NCBI RefSeq assembly: GCF_006345805.1
Contig: NC_043001.1
Location: 80,414,001-80,478,000 of the forward strand
Direction of reading: 5' to 3'
Source: Octopus sinensis
Lineage: Eukaryota
DNA length: 64,000 bases
A model generated the notes under the pieces. That model did not search any database. It worked only from the letters and a program-made list of their open reading frames with translations, and was not told the origin of the DNA. Position numbers and translations under genes: made by a program. How positions within the stretch are numbered: position 1 is the stretch's first letter; the number at the start of each line of letters is the position of its first letter. Shown piece by piece: positions 53,652 through 64,000 of the stretch.

Positions 53652-53903
53652 CATACATATATATATATATATAATGTATATACATATGTGTGTATGTGTA
53701 ATTGTGTGTGTGTGTTTGACCCCGCTATCGCTTGACAACCGATGTTGGTGTGCTTAAGTTCCCAAAACTTAGCGGTTCGGCAAAAGAAACCGATAGAATA
53801 AGTACTAGGCTTACAAACAATAAATCCTGGGCTTGATTTGTTTGACTAAAGGCGGTGCTCCAGCATGGCTGCAGTCAAAATGACTGAAACAAGTAAAAGA
53901 GTA
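53447..53903 (+). mobile_element. Full-length SINE family A
   Basis: Matches the 16287 copy. Confidence 0.9.
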
Positions 53904-54529
53904 ACTTCATTGAAACAACGTGAACTCACTGTAGACTCTCGAGTTTTCTGGATGTCTATTATAGTTATATTTTTACAACCATCTTTAGAATTGCCTTGTC
54001 TACATTTTTAGACTTTTCTTGTATTAAAATAAATGAATAAACTTTAACAAAATTAGCAATTTGAGGGATTTCACCTTTTTTTACTGGAAGCATGAATTAC
54101 TGCAAAACAATGTGCAGGTAGACCCGATGAAAAGAAAAGAAATGAAAACTACTTATTTATGTTGAATGATTTATCATACATCCACCCCGTGGGTATGATA
54201 GCAAAAGTGCTGCTGCTGCTGCCGATGCTGCTGATACCGCTGCTGTGGCTGGGTGCCTTACTGGCTGGAGATGCTCTGAAGCGCTATTGATTTCATATGC
54301 ACATAGCGTAGATACAAAGTTAAAATGGAAAAAAATAAATTTGTCAGGTTTCCTTCGTCAGAACTTAAAGGAAGATACTGCACAGCTTCTTGAAAATACT
54401 AATAATTCCACAAATGAAACATACAGGTAATGAAGCTACGAGTACCCCTCTAGCGATGGATTTACTAACAACACAAGTAATTCAGAAAGATAATGTTGAT
54501 TTCAACAAAGACAGCAAAAATTAGAATAC

Positions 54530-54731
54530 AGCTCTTTTACTTATTTCAGTCATTTGACTGCAGCCATGCTGGAGCACCGCCTTTTAGACGAAGAAATCGA
54601 ACCCCAACACTTATTCTTTGCAAGTTTGGCACTTATTCCATCGGACATAAAGAAACGAACATCGGTTACCAAGCGATGTTGGGTGGGATAAGGACAAATA
54701 CAGACACAAACACACACACAAACACACACAT

Positions 54732-54779
<48 letters not shown>

Positions 54780-54901
54780 CACATATATACGACGGGTTTC
54801 TTTCACTTTCCGTCTACCAAATCTACTCACAAGGCATTGGTTGGCCCGAGGCTATAGTAGAAGACACTTGCCCAAGGTGCCACGCAGTGGGACTGAACCC
54901 G
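54530..54901 (-). mobile_element. SINE family A
   Basis: Reverse complement of family A core and tail. Confidence 0.85.
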
Positions 54902-54939
54902 TATTCTAATAACATCTTGCTTACACAATTAATGTGATA

Positions 54940-55230
54940 TGTTTTATCTTACCCATTGGATTATGGTCAATCCTCTCACGAGATATACTAATAGAATTTA
55001 TAGTCAATCGTCTTTCATTTGTCACCATATAGTGGACACGGTCAATGTTTTCTTCAGTGGTGGTAGTTGCAGGACGTTCAGACCTTGGATCATCTTTAAG
55101 ACTCCTCTTTCCTCTCCAAATTTCAGCTGCCCAATTTTACACTGTTGATAAACCTGGAGCAACCATATCAGTATGAACGTCATTAGGGGCCAAATATTGA
55201 AGGGTGTTTGAACAAATTGCTTCAAGTACT
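54940..55230 (-). mobile_element. Mariner transposase N-terminal fragment
   Basis: APGLSTV*NWAAEIWRGKRSLKDDPRSERPATTTTEENIDRVHYMVTNERRLTI: mariner HTH/GRP linker region. Confidence 0.8.
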
Positions 55231-55996
55231 TATTTATCTTAAGTGTGCTACTTGTTCTATAGCTCTCTTTTGCTGAACTGCTACGTTACGGGGATGCAAA
55301 CCAAACAAAAACTGGTTGTGAAGCAGTGATAGGAGACACACAAACACAGAGACGTTCACACCTATACATATATGCATACGACAAAATTCCGTCGAGGTCG
55401 ACTTTGCCATCCATCCTTTCGGGGTCGACAGATTAAGTACCAGTCAAGTATTGTGGTCATGGTAATCGACTATCCCACTCCCCACAAATTCCAGGGTTTG
55501 TGCCAATAATAGAAAGGATATATACATACAACAGACTTTCATAGTTTCCGTGTACCAAGTCCACTCACAAGGTATTGATCGGCCGAGGATTATAGTAGAA
55601 GACACTTGCCATAACTATCATACCATGGAACTGAACCCAAAACTAAGTTGTTAAAGAGCGAACTTCTTAACCGCAGTCATATTTTTGCGATAATATTAAC
55701 GATAATAAATAGAAAAATCAAATTGAAAAGAAAATTTGTCTGCAAGACCAAAAGCGGAATTAGTGCTGCCAAGTGAAGAAATCAAACAGTAAAACCAAAC
55801 ATAATAACCCCAGTAACAACAATTCTATCTTCACAAAACAATGGTCAAAGAACACAGGCATTGACAGAATAAATAACAGTGCTACAAACACCTGTAGATA
55901 TATGAAATATGCCTAAAGCCAAACAGGTACGCTCTACGTGGTTGTTTGAACTGCCAGAAAAACTAGCCATCTCTCTGTCTCTCCCTCTCTCACTCC

Positions 55997-56058
<62 letters not shown>

Positions 56059-56929
56059 GCGGATCTATCTCTCAACTTATAGCACATTGTCTAAAAAGTT
56101 AGAAAGATACATTAGGTTATATAGTCCTGGTTCATTCAATAGACGAGGGAAATTCTTTGGATCACAAAATTGCTCCGTAGAGTTAAGCTAGGAGTAAACA
56201 ACACCAACGAATAAAAATGTGCCTGTAGACATGTAGGAAATGCGATAACTTCTTTTATGGTATTGAAAACACTAACATATATTGAATGAAGTGATTTTTA
56301 CAAATAAATTTCGCATAGGTGTATAAGAGAACGCAGTGATAAGTACTACATAGTGACCAGTATAAAGCTTAGATCTATAAACAAAACTAAAATTTCAATT
56401 CTATTCGTCGAAATGTGCTAGTTGTCATCAGATTAAGCAAACTATTGTTGCAGGAAAATGCTTCGATAAGTATACTCTCCTTTGGGTGATAAAAAAAAAT
56501 TAAGGGAATCTGACTTCTAGAAACCTCAAAGTAGATTTCTTCAATTGTTTTTTAATATATTAGAATAAAAAATTGTCACCATTTCAGACGACAAAGAAAA
56601 TGAAAAGAACGTACAATATTTCACTCACACGCATAGCACACATACACACACACACACACACACAGTGACTCACAGATACACACATACATTCAACGTTTAG
56701 ACAAAAGGACGTTATTCATAAAGCTTAACGCACACGCACGTATACATATATTCAGAAACAGGAACATACACATGCCTGCACGCATACGCACTTTACGTAA
56801 AACGTAAACGAATTCACAGAATACGTACTAGGCTCACAAACAATAAGTCTTGGGGTCGATTTGTTCGACTAAAGGTGTTGCTCCAGTATGGCCGGAGTCA
56901 AATGACTGAAACAAGTTAAAAAATAAAAG

Positions 56930-56993
<64 letters not shown>

Positions 56994-57006
56994 TATAATA
57001 TATATC

Positions 57007-57057
<51 letters not shown>

Positions 57058-57138
57058 GTAGGTCCCGGGTTGAGTCGGGGTTAACCACAGTAAATAAGGT
57101 ACTCAATACAGCAGAGTAAATTAATTTATTTTATAAAA

Positions 57139-57194
57139 GGATCTTCTACAGGACTAGAACTGTTTCATTCAAATGAAATCATCAGGAAGCTTCC
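57139..57194 (-). ncRNA. Type I hammerhead ribozyme candidate, mirror strand
   Basis: CTTC-CTGATGA-TTTCATTTGAAT-GAAA-CAG(TTCTAGTC)CTG-TA/GAAG: perfect ACAG/CTGT stem III. Confidence 0.6.
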
Positions 57195-57240
57195 TGATGA
57201 TTTCATTTGAATGAAACAGTTCTAATCTTGTAGAAGCTCC
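57185..57240 (+). ncRNA. Type I hammerhead ribozyme candidate
   Basis: AGCTTC-CTGATGA-TTTCATTTGAAT-GAAA-CAG(TTCTAATC)TTG-TA/GAAGCT: 6-bp stem I, 4-bp stem III, weak stem II with U.U at 10.1/11.1. Confidence 0.65.
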
Positions 57241-58167
57241 TTCTATAAAATAAATTTTATATATATATATATATATATACTGACGTGTGTGTGTGTGTGT
57301 GTGTGCATGCATAGGGGTATGTGCGCGCGTGCAATGTTTTGTTTTTCTCACAGCGATGAGGTCATTGCCCTATTATCGAATGGCTTGTGGGTCATATTCT
57401 CTTACGAAATCACAGCACGACCGAACACCACTTCAAGATAGTATTCATTGAACAACCAGAAACAATATTTCTCGATCTCTGACAAATGATGTGAGATTCT
57501 TTCATAATTTGAAGAAGTCTACAATTTTCTATGACCACAACATCGTAGAGTTACAAGAATTTTATGGCCCAAAGGAAACTTCCAGTTCAGCACCTCACAA
57601 GCTACTTTCAACTGTAAAGCTTCAATTTTCCATAAGGCTGACAGGAAATCAATTGAGGAAGATACCCTACAAGCTGAACTTCTCTTAAGTTCTCTTTGTG
57701 GAGGATAATGTCATACAACTGAAACAGTTTATGTCAATAATGCAAGCTATGAATATATATGTATAGATGCAAGCATATATATACATATATATTGTTGTGT
57801 GTTGTATGTATATATTTATGTATATACATAATATATATAATATATATATATATAATATATATATTAATATTATATTATTTTGTTTTTGTGTGTGTGCTTC
57901 CTCCTTAAGAGCACGTGGGTTTACAAAGGTTTAACGAAAGCGCTTACACACCACAAGAAAAATTTCTTCCTAAAAAAGGTTAGTAACATACTCATTTTCA
58001 TAGCATATTTTTAAGAAGATAATTTTCTTAGAAAAATCATCTATACACTTCAAAAACTGCATTAAGTAATCTTCATAGACTTTCAAATAAATATATATAT
58101 ATATATTTCAGCGGTGGTGCCCCAGCATGGTCGCGGCCTTCGGGCTTAAACATTTTTAAGGATTTAA

Positions 58168-58248
<81 letters not shown>

Positions 58249-58386
58249 GATATATGTGTGTGTGTGTGTACATTATACATATATATATAACATACATATA
58301 TACATATATATATATATACATATAAAATGTATATATACATACATATATACATATATATATTATATATACATATATATATACGTATA

Positions 58387-58464
<78 letters not shown>

Positions 58465-58812
58465 TTATAAATACATATATATGCGCAGGCACACACACAC
58501 ACATATCTAATTCGGTGTTGTACTTGCCAGCCATGTGATTTGATCTTACATCTTGTGGTTGAAATAGAAACGATTGCAGCATTGAAGAGATATGTAAGCT
58601 CTTCACGAACATACATTTATTATCTGGTAAATGGTACCAAACTTTTTGCTGCATGACCTATGACCTAGTCACTGATAAGGTCACTCTACACTTCAGAGCA
58701 GTTTTATCTGCGACTAGATCGCACTTGGTGCGACAAGAGTAACAAAAGATAATCCCTAAGTGATTGTCTTTTGGAATGACTAACATTCGTCTTCCACCCC
58801 GGTATATATATA

Positions 58813-58904
58813 TGTGTTAGCTGTTGAATTGGTATATGTTTGTGAGCATTTATATCAATATAAAATTAAATGTTCGTAGTGTGTGCGCACACGCGTGTGC
58901 ATGG
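58813..58904. repeat. 92-bp inverted duplicate of 60434-60525
   Basis: One mismatch (GGTATATG versus GGCATATG); this copy sits in (TA)n. Confidence 0.92.
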
Positions 58905-58935
<31 letters not shown>

Positions 58936-59008
58936 ATGTGTGTGTGTGCGTGTGTGTGTGTGTATGTCTGTGTGTGTGTGTGTCTGTCTCTCTGTCTGTC
59001 TGTGTATG

Positions 59009-59052
<44 letters not shown>

Positions 59053-59054
<2 letters not shown>

Positions 59055-59416
59055 TCTTTTATTGGTTTCAGTTATTTGACTGTAGCATGCTGGAGCACTG
59101 CCCTTTAATCGAACGAATCGAACCCGGTCTCTTTTGCCGAAAGCTAAGTTACAGGGACGTAAAAATACCAACATCGGTTGTCAAGTGATGACGAGGGCAC
59201 AAAGACACATTAACATACCCGCGAACACACACACACACACACGCGCACACACACACACGTTCGACGGGTGTTTTTCAGTTTTTGTCTACCAACTCCACTT
59301 ACAAGGATTTGGTCGGCCCGTGGATATAGTAGAAGACACTTGCCCAAAGTCTCAAGCAGTTGGACTGAACCTGGAACCATGTGGTTGGTAAGTAAGCTAC
59401 TTACTGCACAGCCATG
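59053..59416 (-). mobile_element. SINE family A
   Basis: Reverse complement of family A. Confidence 0.85.
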
Positions 59417-59640
59417 TCAAAACCGTTAATCCCGACACACTTTTCCTCCCACCGTTTTTTACTTTCTCTCTCCCCCATTTATTTGCATTCGAATCTCTCG
59501 CTTGAAGGGCATGGGCTCGAAACATCAAAGACTTTTCCACATTTCAACTAATGCACCTGCTAGCTCTGCTCTCGGTCGTCTTTGTCTTTTATTTTCTGTA
59601 CATTTATGCGTGTGTGTATGTATATATATATATATATATT

Positions 59641-59672
<32 letters not shown>

Positions 59673-59889
59673 TGTATGTATGTATGTATTATTTATGTAT
59701 ATATATATATGTATATATGTATGTATGTATATATATATATGTATATATATATATATGTATGTATATATATATATATATTATATATATATATATATATTAT
59801 ATATATATATATATAATATATATATATATATATTTATATGCATGTATATATATATATATATACATACATATAAATATATATATATATAC

Positions 59890-59929
<40 letters not shown>

Positions 59930-62008
59930 ATACATATATATAAAGATAAATATACATACATATATATATGCATACATATATATAAAGATACATTTATATA
60001 CATAGATATATGCATACATATATATAGAAGTGTGTGAGATATCAGAGTTTTTAAATCGTGCTAACAAATAAAAGATCACTTACGAATGTTCCTAGAGGAA
60101 CTGAGTTAAAAATATTTTCAAGAAGATAGGGGACGCATGAAGGGGATCATGGCTATAGAAAACAAAAGAAAACAACACGCAAACTCATCTTGATTCTTGT
60201 CGACGTAGTTTCTACTTTAGAAGAAAATTTGGCAAAGTTAAAGATGTTTACGTAGAGTATCGGTCAACAGATTCAAACAATAGCAACATATGGGCATACT
60301 ATTGCATAAGATCACAGCTGAACTTATAACCCAGAAGAAGAAACAAGAGGTATTGAACTCATGCATTCGATCGGATATCAAACACAAAACGATGACTCTA
60401 GCAAAAAGGTGTTTGTTCCCAACATGGCGCAACCCATGCACACGCGTGTGCGCACACACTACGAACATTTAATTTTATATTGATATAAATGCTCACAAAC
60501 ATATGCCAATTCAACAGCTAACACATTCGTTGCATCTGTGTGTTTGTGTGCATGTGTGCATATGCACGTGTATTTGTGCATATCTGAGTATATCTTTGTG
60601 TTGATATGCGTGTGATATGTCTGCGTGTTGATGTGTACATGTGTATTCATACTTCTTTAGACTAATGCTTAGAAGGAGAGGGATTCTGTTCAATTATCGA
60701 TAAAAACTAGATAGATGTTTACATCGTCAAGCCATAAAGTTAATTAAATGGGTGACATTTCGAAATTCTCTCGTAGCCAGATGCTTAAGCAACTATTCCA
60801 GTTGTCATTAAGAAACAATTCTGCCTTGGATTTCTTTTCACCCTTTTTTTATTCTTTTCTTTTTTCCTTTGGTCTCACTCTTTAAATTGTCGTAGCAATT
60901 GCCTTCATCAATTGAAACCCAGAAGAATAGGTCATGGTTGATATGCGTTACCAGATTCTGTCCACGTATGTTGTTAAAAGAGTTTTATGGCTGAAAAGAC
61001 AACTAAGTATGTCTGCTCCACTAATATCTTCATTAGTAAAAGCTTTCAGTCAACCACTTTTGATATTTGTCTTGTATTTCGGTTGTATTGGGTCAGTTGC
61101 GGGGGAATAAGTCATTTATTTACTATGCACTAGACCTGCTTAAGTTGACGACTCATCAACCAACCAGCCAACCATCCAACCAACTTGTCAACCAGTCGGT
61201 CGGCCATTTTACCTATCTCTCTATCTCTGTCTTTATCTTTCGCATCCTTTCTCTCTTCTTTTCTCCTCAAACATTTACCCACTCATATAAATGTATTTTT
61301 GTGTGTGTTAGATGATCTCTTTATTACACTGCCTATTTGTTAATGGTTAATCTCTAACTAATCCCTTTTAAATTGTTTACTTTCGCTAACCTCTTGTTCA
61401 GTAAATAAGATTGAAAACAGCGAGGAAACCTATTCATTCGTGTTGATGCTGTTGTTATTAGTATTTAATGCTTAGAAATATTTTACAAGGCATTTGTATC
61501 ATTCCTCTCTGTTTATTTTTCAGGTTAAGAAGGGATTATGTCTCTTCAAGTCTCACACTGCTTCCTCATCGTGATGGAAATGACAGGAAAAGACAGGTTG
61601 TACTTCCTGTAGTCAAACGGATATTTGTTAAGACCGACAAGGTTAATTCACCGCCTCTTAGATAGTTTCTGACCCTATACACCCCAGGAAACGCGACGGA
61701 TTAAACAATTCACGATAGCGTTCATTTTCTTTTTGAGAATTAAGTTCAAAATGCCCTAAGATTCAAACACTCTGGGGTAGATTTTATAATATATAATTTT
61801 GTTAATTTTGTTTTAATAATTCAATAAGAAATGTGTTCTTTAGATCTAATTTTAAAACACATAGGGTCACATACTTGGTCCAAAATTTGATTTATAACGG
61901 ATGATGTAGTTTTATATCCTGCCACAGGTTGGTATAGATGAATTATGCAGCGGAGGTTTAGTTAATTTGTTCACACGACGAACTTCGCGAGACGACCAAA
62001 ACGCTCTC

Positions 62009-63832
62009 GTTTCTTTATTTGGCACTACGGCTGCAACATAGAAAAGGACACTACAAGGACAGACACAACACCACAGTGGGGACACAAAACATAAAATGAA
62101 TGAAAATGAGATGTTATATAAAAATGAAAAAATGAAATGGCTGCATGGGCCCCACTCCTATGCAGTACCATATGAACGTTTATATAAACTCTTTACAGTC
62201 GTTCTATTTTTCTTATTGTTTTTTTTTCTCAATCATCATTTTTATCTCTTTAAAAAAAATGAAACAATTCAACTTTTCCTTTTTTACAAAACAATTTACT
62301 TGTTTTTCTTTTTAATACCTCATGAAAGCTTCTATATCTTTTAGCTCCACTACTGGTGGCAATTCGTCGAACTCCACCAACACTCCTCGCGGGCCAATCC
62401 CGCTTCCACACGTCTTTTAGTCTGTTGTGTCTGTCAACCACGATGGCCTTCACATTCTTGGAATACACATCCGTGGGTAACTTCACCCTTATGATATGTT
62501 TAAATTTTAAAACTTCCCTTTCAGTTTCTTTGCTTTTCGTGTACGTCACGAAATTCCATCGAAACTTACCTCTTTGTTTTCTCTTTTCATCCTCCACTCC
62601 TGGTTCCTTCTTTTCTTCCTCCGCTCTGAACAGTCTCTCCATTTCACCCTCGTACACTAGCACTCCTGCATCTCTTTCCTCCACTGGAACAACCAGTGTC
62701 TTCACCACTGTCTCCTCCTTATGTAACTCCTCGAACACTTTCAATTTCTTTTTCACTTTCTTTATCCACCACCATTTTGTCTTCCTTCTGGTCACAACCT
62801 CCATTTCTACCTCTTCTTTTTCTGCTTCTCTGGCGGAGGGCTCACTCTCCCATTTCTCTTTATTTTACCACTGTGAATTCGTCCTCCGTTACTTTCTCAT
62901 TTATCTCGACCTGTACCACTTGGTTCGCACTCTCCTGCCTCTCCGTCTGCTGTATTTGTTGTTCTCTCTCGGGGCAGGTCGCCTTCATATGGCCCTTCTC
63001 CCCACATATAAAACATATAGGCAGCATGCCCTTCACCACCACTCTCAATCTTAAATCATCCGTTTGAACTATCTCTTGAACAATTCGGTTTAAATCTTCC
63101 TCTGTTGCTTGGACGGTTAGCTCAATTCCGTATCCCCAGTAGTTTATCCTTTGGGTCCTTGTGGCCTTCAGTATTTTGGCCTCCTCATTCATGTTATACA
63201 TTATGGCTGACATCAGCCATGTTTCTTTCAGTTCTGGGGACACTTTGCCAACACGCACTCTGGCCACACATTTGCCACAGTACGATGGCAAAAGCACCCA
63301 TTCCCCCAATCTTATTGCCTCCGTGGTGTGCTTGATTGCGCCCTCTTCTGATGCAAAGCGTACCGCCACAGTTGCGTACTTTCTCTCTCGTTGTAAACGT
63401 GGTTAGTTTTTTTAATATTCTTTAAACACTCTTCAATCGCCTCAATTGTTGCTGTGTTTATCTTCCTTGTTTCTATCTTCATTGTCTTGTACATCAGTCC
63501 TTTTCGTTACATTGGTTGTTAATTTCACAGGCGGCATTAACTTCAGTGTATCTCCGTCTCTTTCCAGCAACGTCTCGCATTCCTTCATTTTTAGTGGTTC
63601 CACCTTTACTTCAATTATCTCCAGCGTTTCCGCGTCTCTCCCTTTTCCAGTTGCAACTGCATAACTGTGGCCACCTGTTGGCGCTTTCTCTATTTTTCCT
63701 ACAATAGGAAAAAAAAACAATTCAAAATAACAATAGCAACAATTTAAACAGTAACAATCAATGAAACAAATATTTAACACTGACTTACGTTTAACACGAC
63801 AAAAACACTTACGAACAACTCAAACCGCCTGT
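62009..63832 (-). mobile_element. 1824-bp ORF1/Gag-only retroelement bounded by a 14-bp direct repeat
   Basis: ACCAAAACGCTCTC at 61995-62008 and 63833-63846; AATAAAGAAAC at the 3' end; frameshifted ORF with SYAVA, LLPSYCGK and CFICGEKGHMKATC; no RT. Confidence 0.75.
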
Positions 63833-64000
63833 ACCAAAACGCTCTCTCCGACTATTACTGACCACTACTCCTTATAAGTGTTCGGCTAGTACTTTCATCC
63901 CCCAGGAGTGTCAATGACTCTCGCCACAACATTTTCCCCTTTGAGATTGACTTCCCTTAAAAGTTATTATTATTTATTTTTCTAGTATCTTTCACAAAAT

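Larger units (their letters stand above)
57123..57256. repeat. Spacer-less palindrome with 67-bp arms
   Basis: Centre GGAAG|CTTCC (57189/57190); inner 35 bp perfect, 4 mismatches further out. Confidence 0.95.

Noticed and set aside
59494-59531. Hammerhead-like CGCTTGA-A-GGGC..GCTC-GAAACATC
   Set aside because: Three core mismatches and a broken stem III; a dead relic at best
60084-60152. Minus-strand 69-nt exon-like segment with strong acceptor and GTAAGT donor
   Set aside because: Stop codons in all three frames; could only be non-coding and has no other support
61524-61665. Strong acceptor followed by RLRRDYVSSSLTLLPHRDG...
   Set aside because: No recognisable homology and no convincing donor
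63699-63788. Putative intron (GTAAGT...TTGTAG, minus strand) at the 5' end of the ORF1-only element
   Set aside because: No upstream ATG exon found; cannot be tested without transcripts

Overview
Repeat-dense eukaryotic DNA, most likely an octopus/coleoid cephalopod gene desert or large intron (inference from the SINE families and the very high TA/CA/GATA/AAT microsatellite load), with one 100-N gap at 14078-14177. No host protein-coding gene can be called with confidence, and most ORFs in the supplied track are microsatellite artefacts. Supported content: (1) many copies of at least three tRNA-headed SINE families; (2) three divergent R4/Dong-type restriction-like-endonuclease LINE copies at 33.8-42.8 kb, associated with AAT/ATC microsatellites; (3) a decayed 1.26 kb Tc1 element with DD36E spacing, a mariner fragment and several MITEs; (4) Helitron 5', helicase and 3' pieces; (5) two homologous Gag/ORF1-like (CCHC knuckle) elements without RT, one bounded by a 14-bp direct repeat; (6) a set of type I hammerhead-ribozyme motifs in Penelope-like inverted termini. 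The hammerhead set includes a spacer-less palindrome that reads as a hammerhead on both strands, and a C-for-U4 core variant (CCGANGA) in three different elements. Coordinates were counted by hand and may be off by a few bases.
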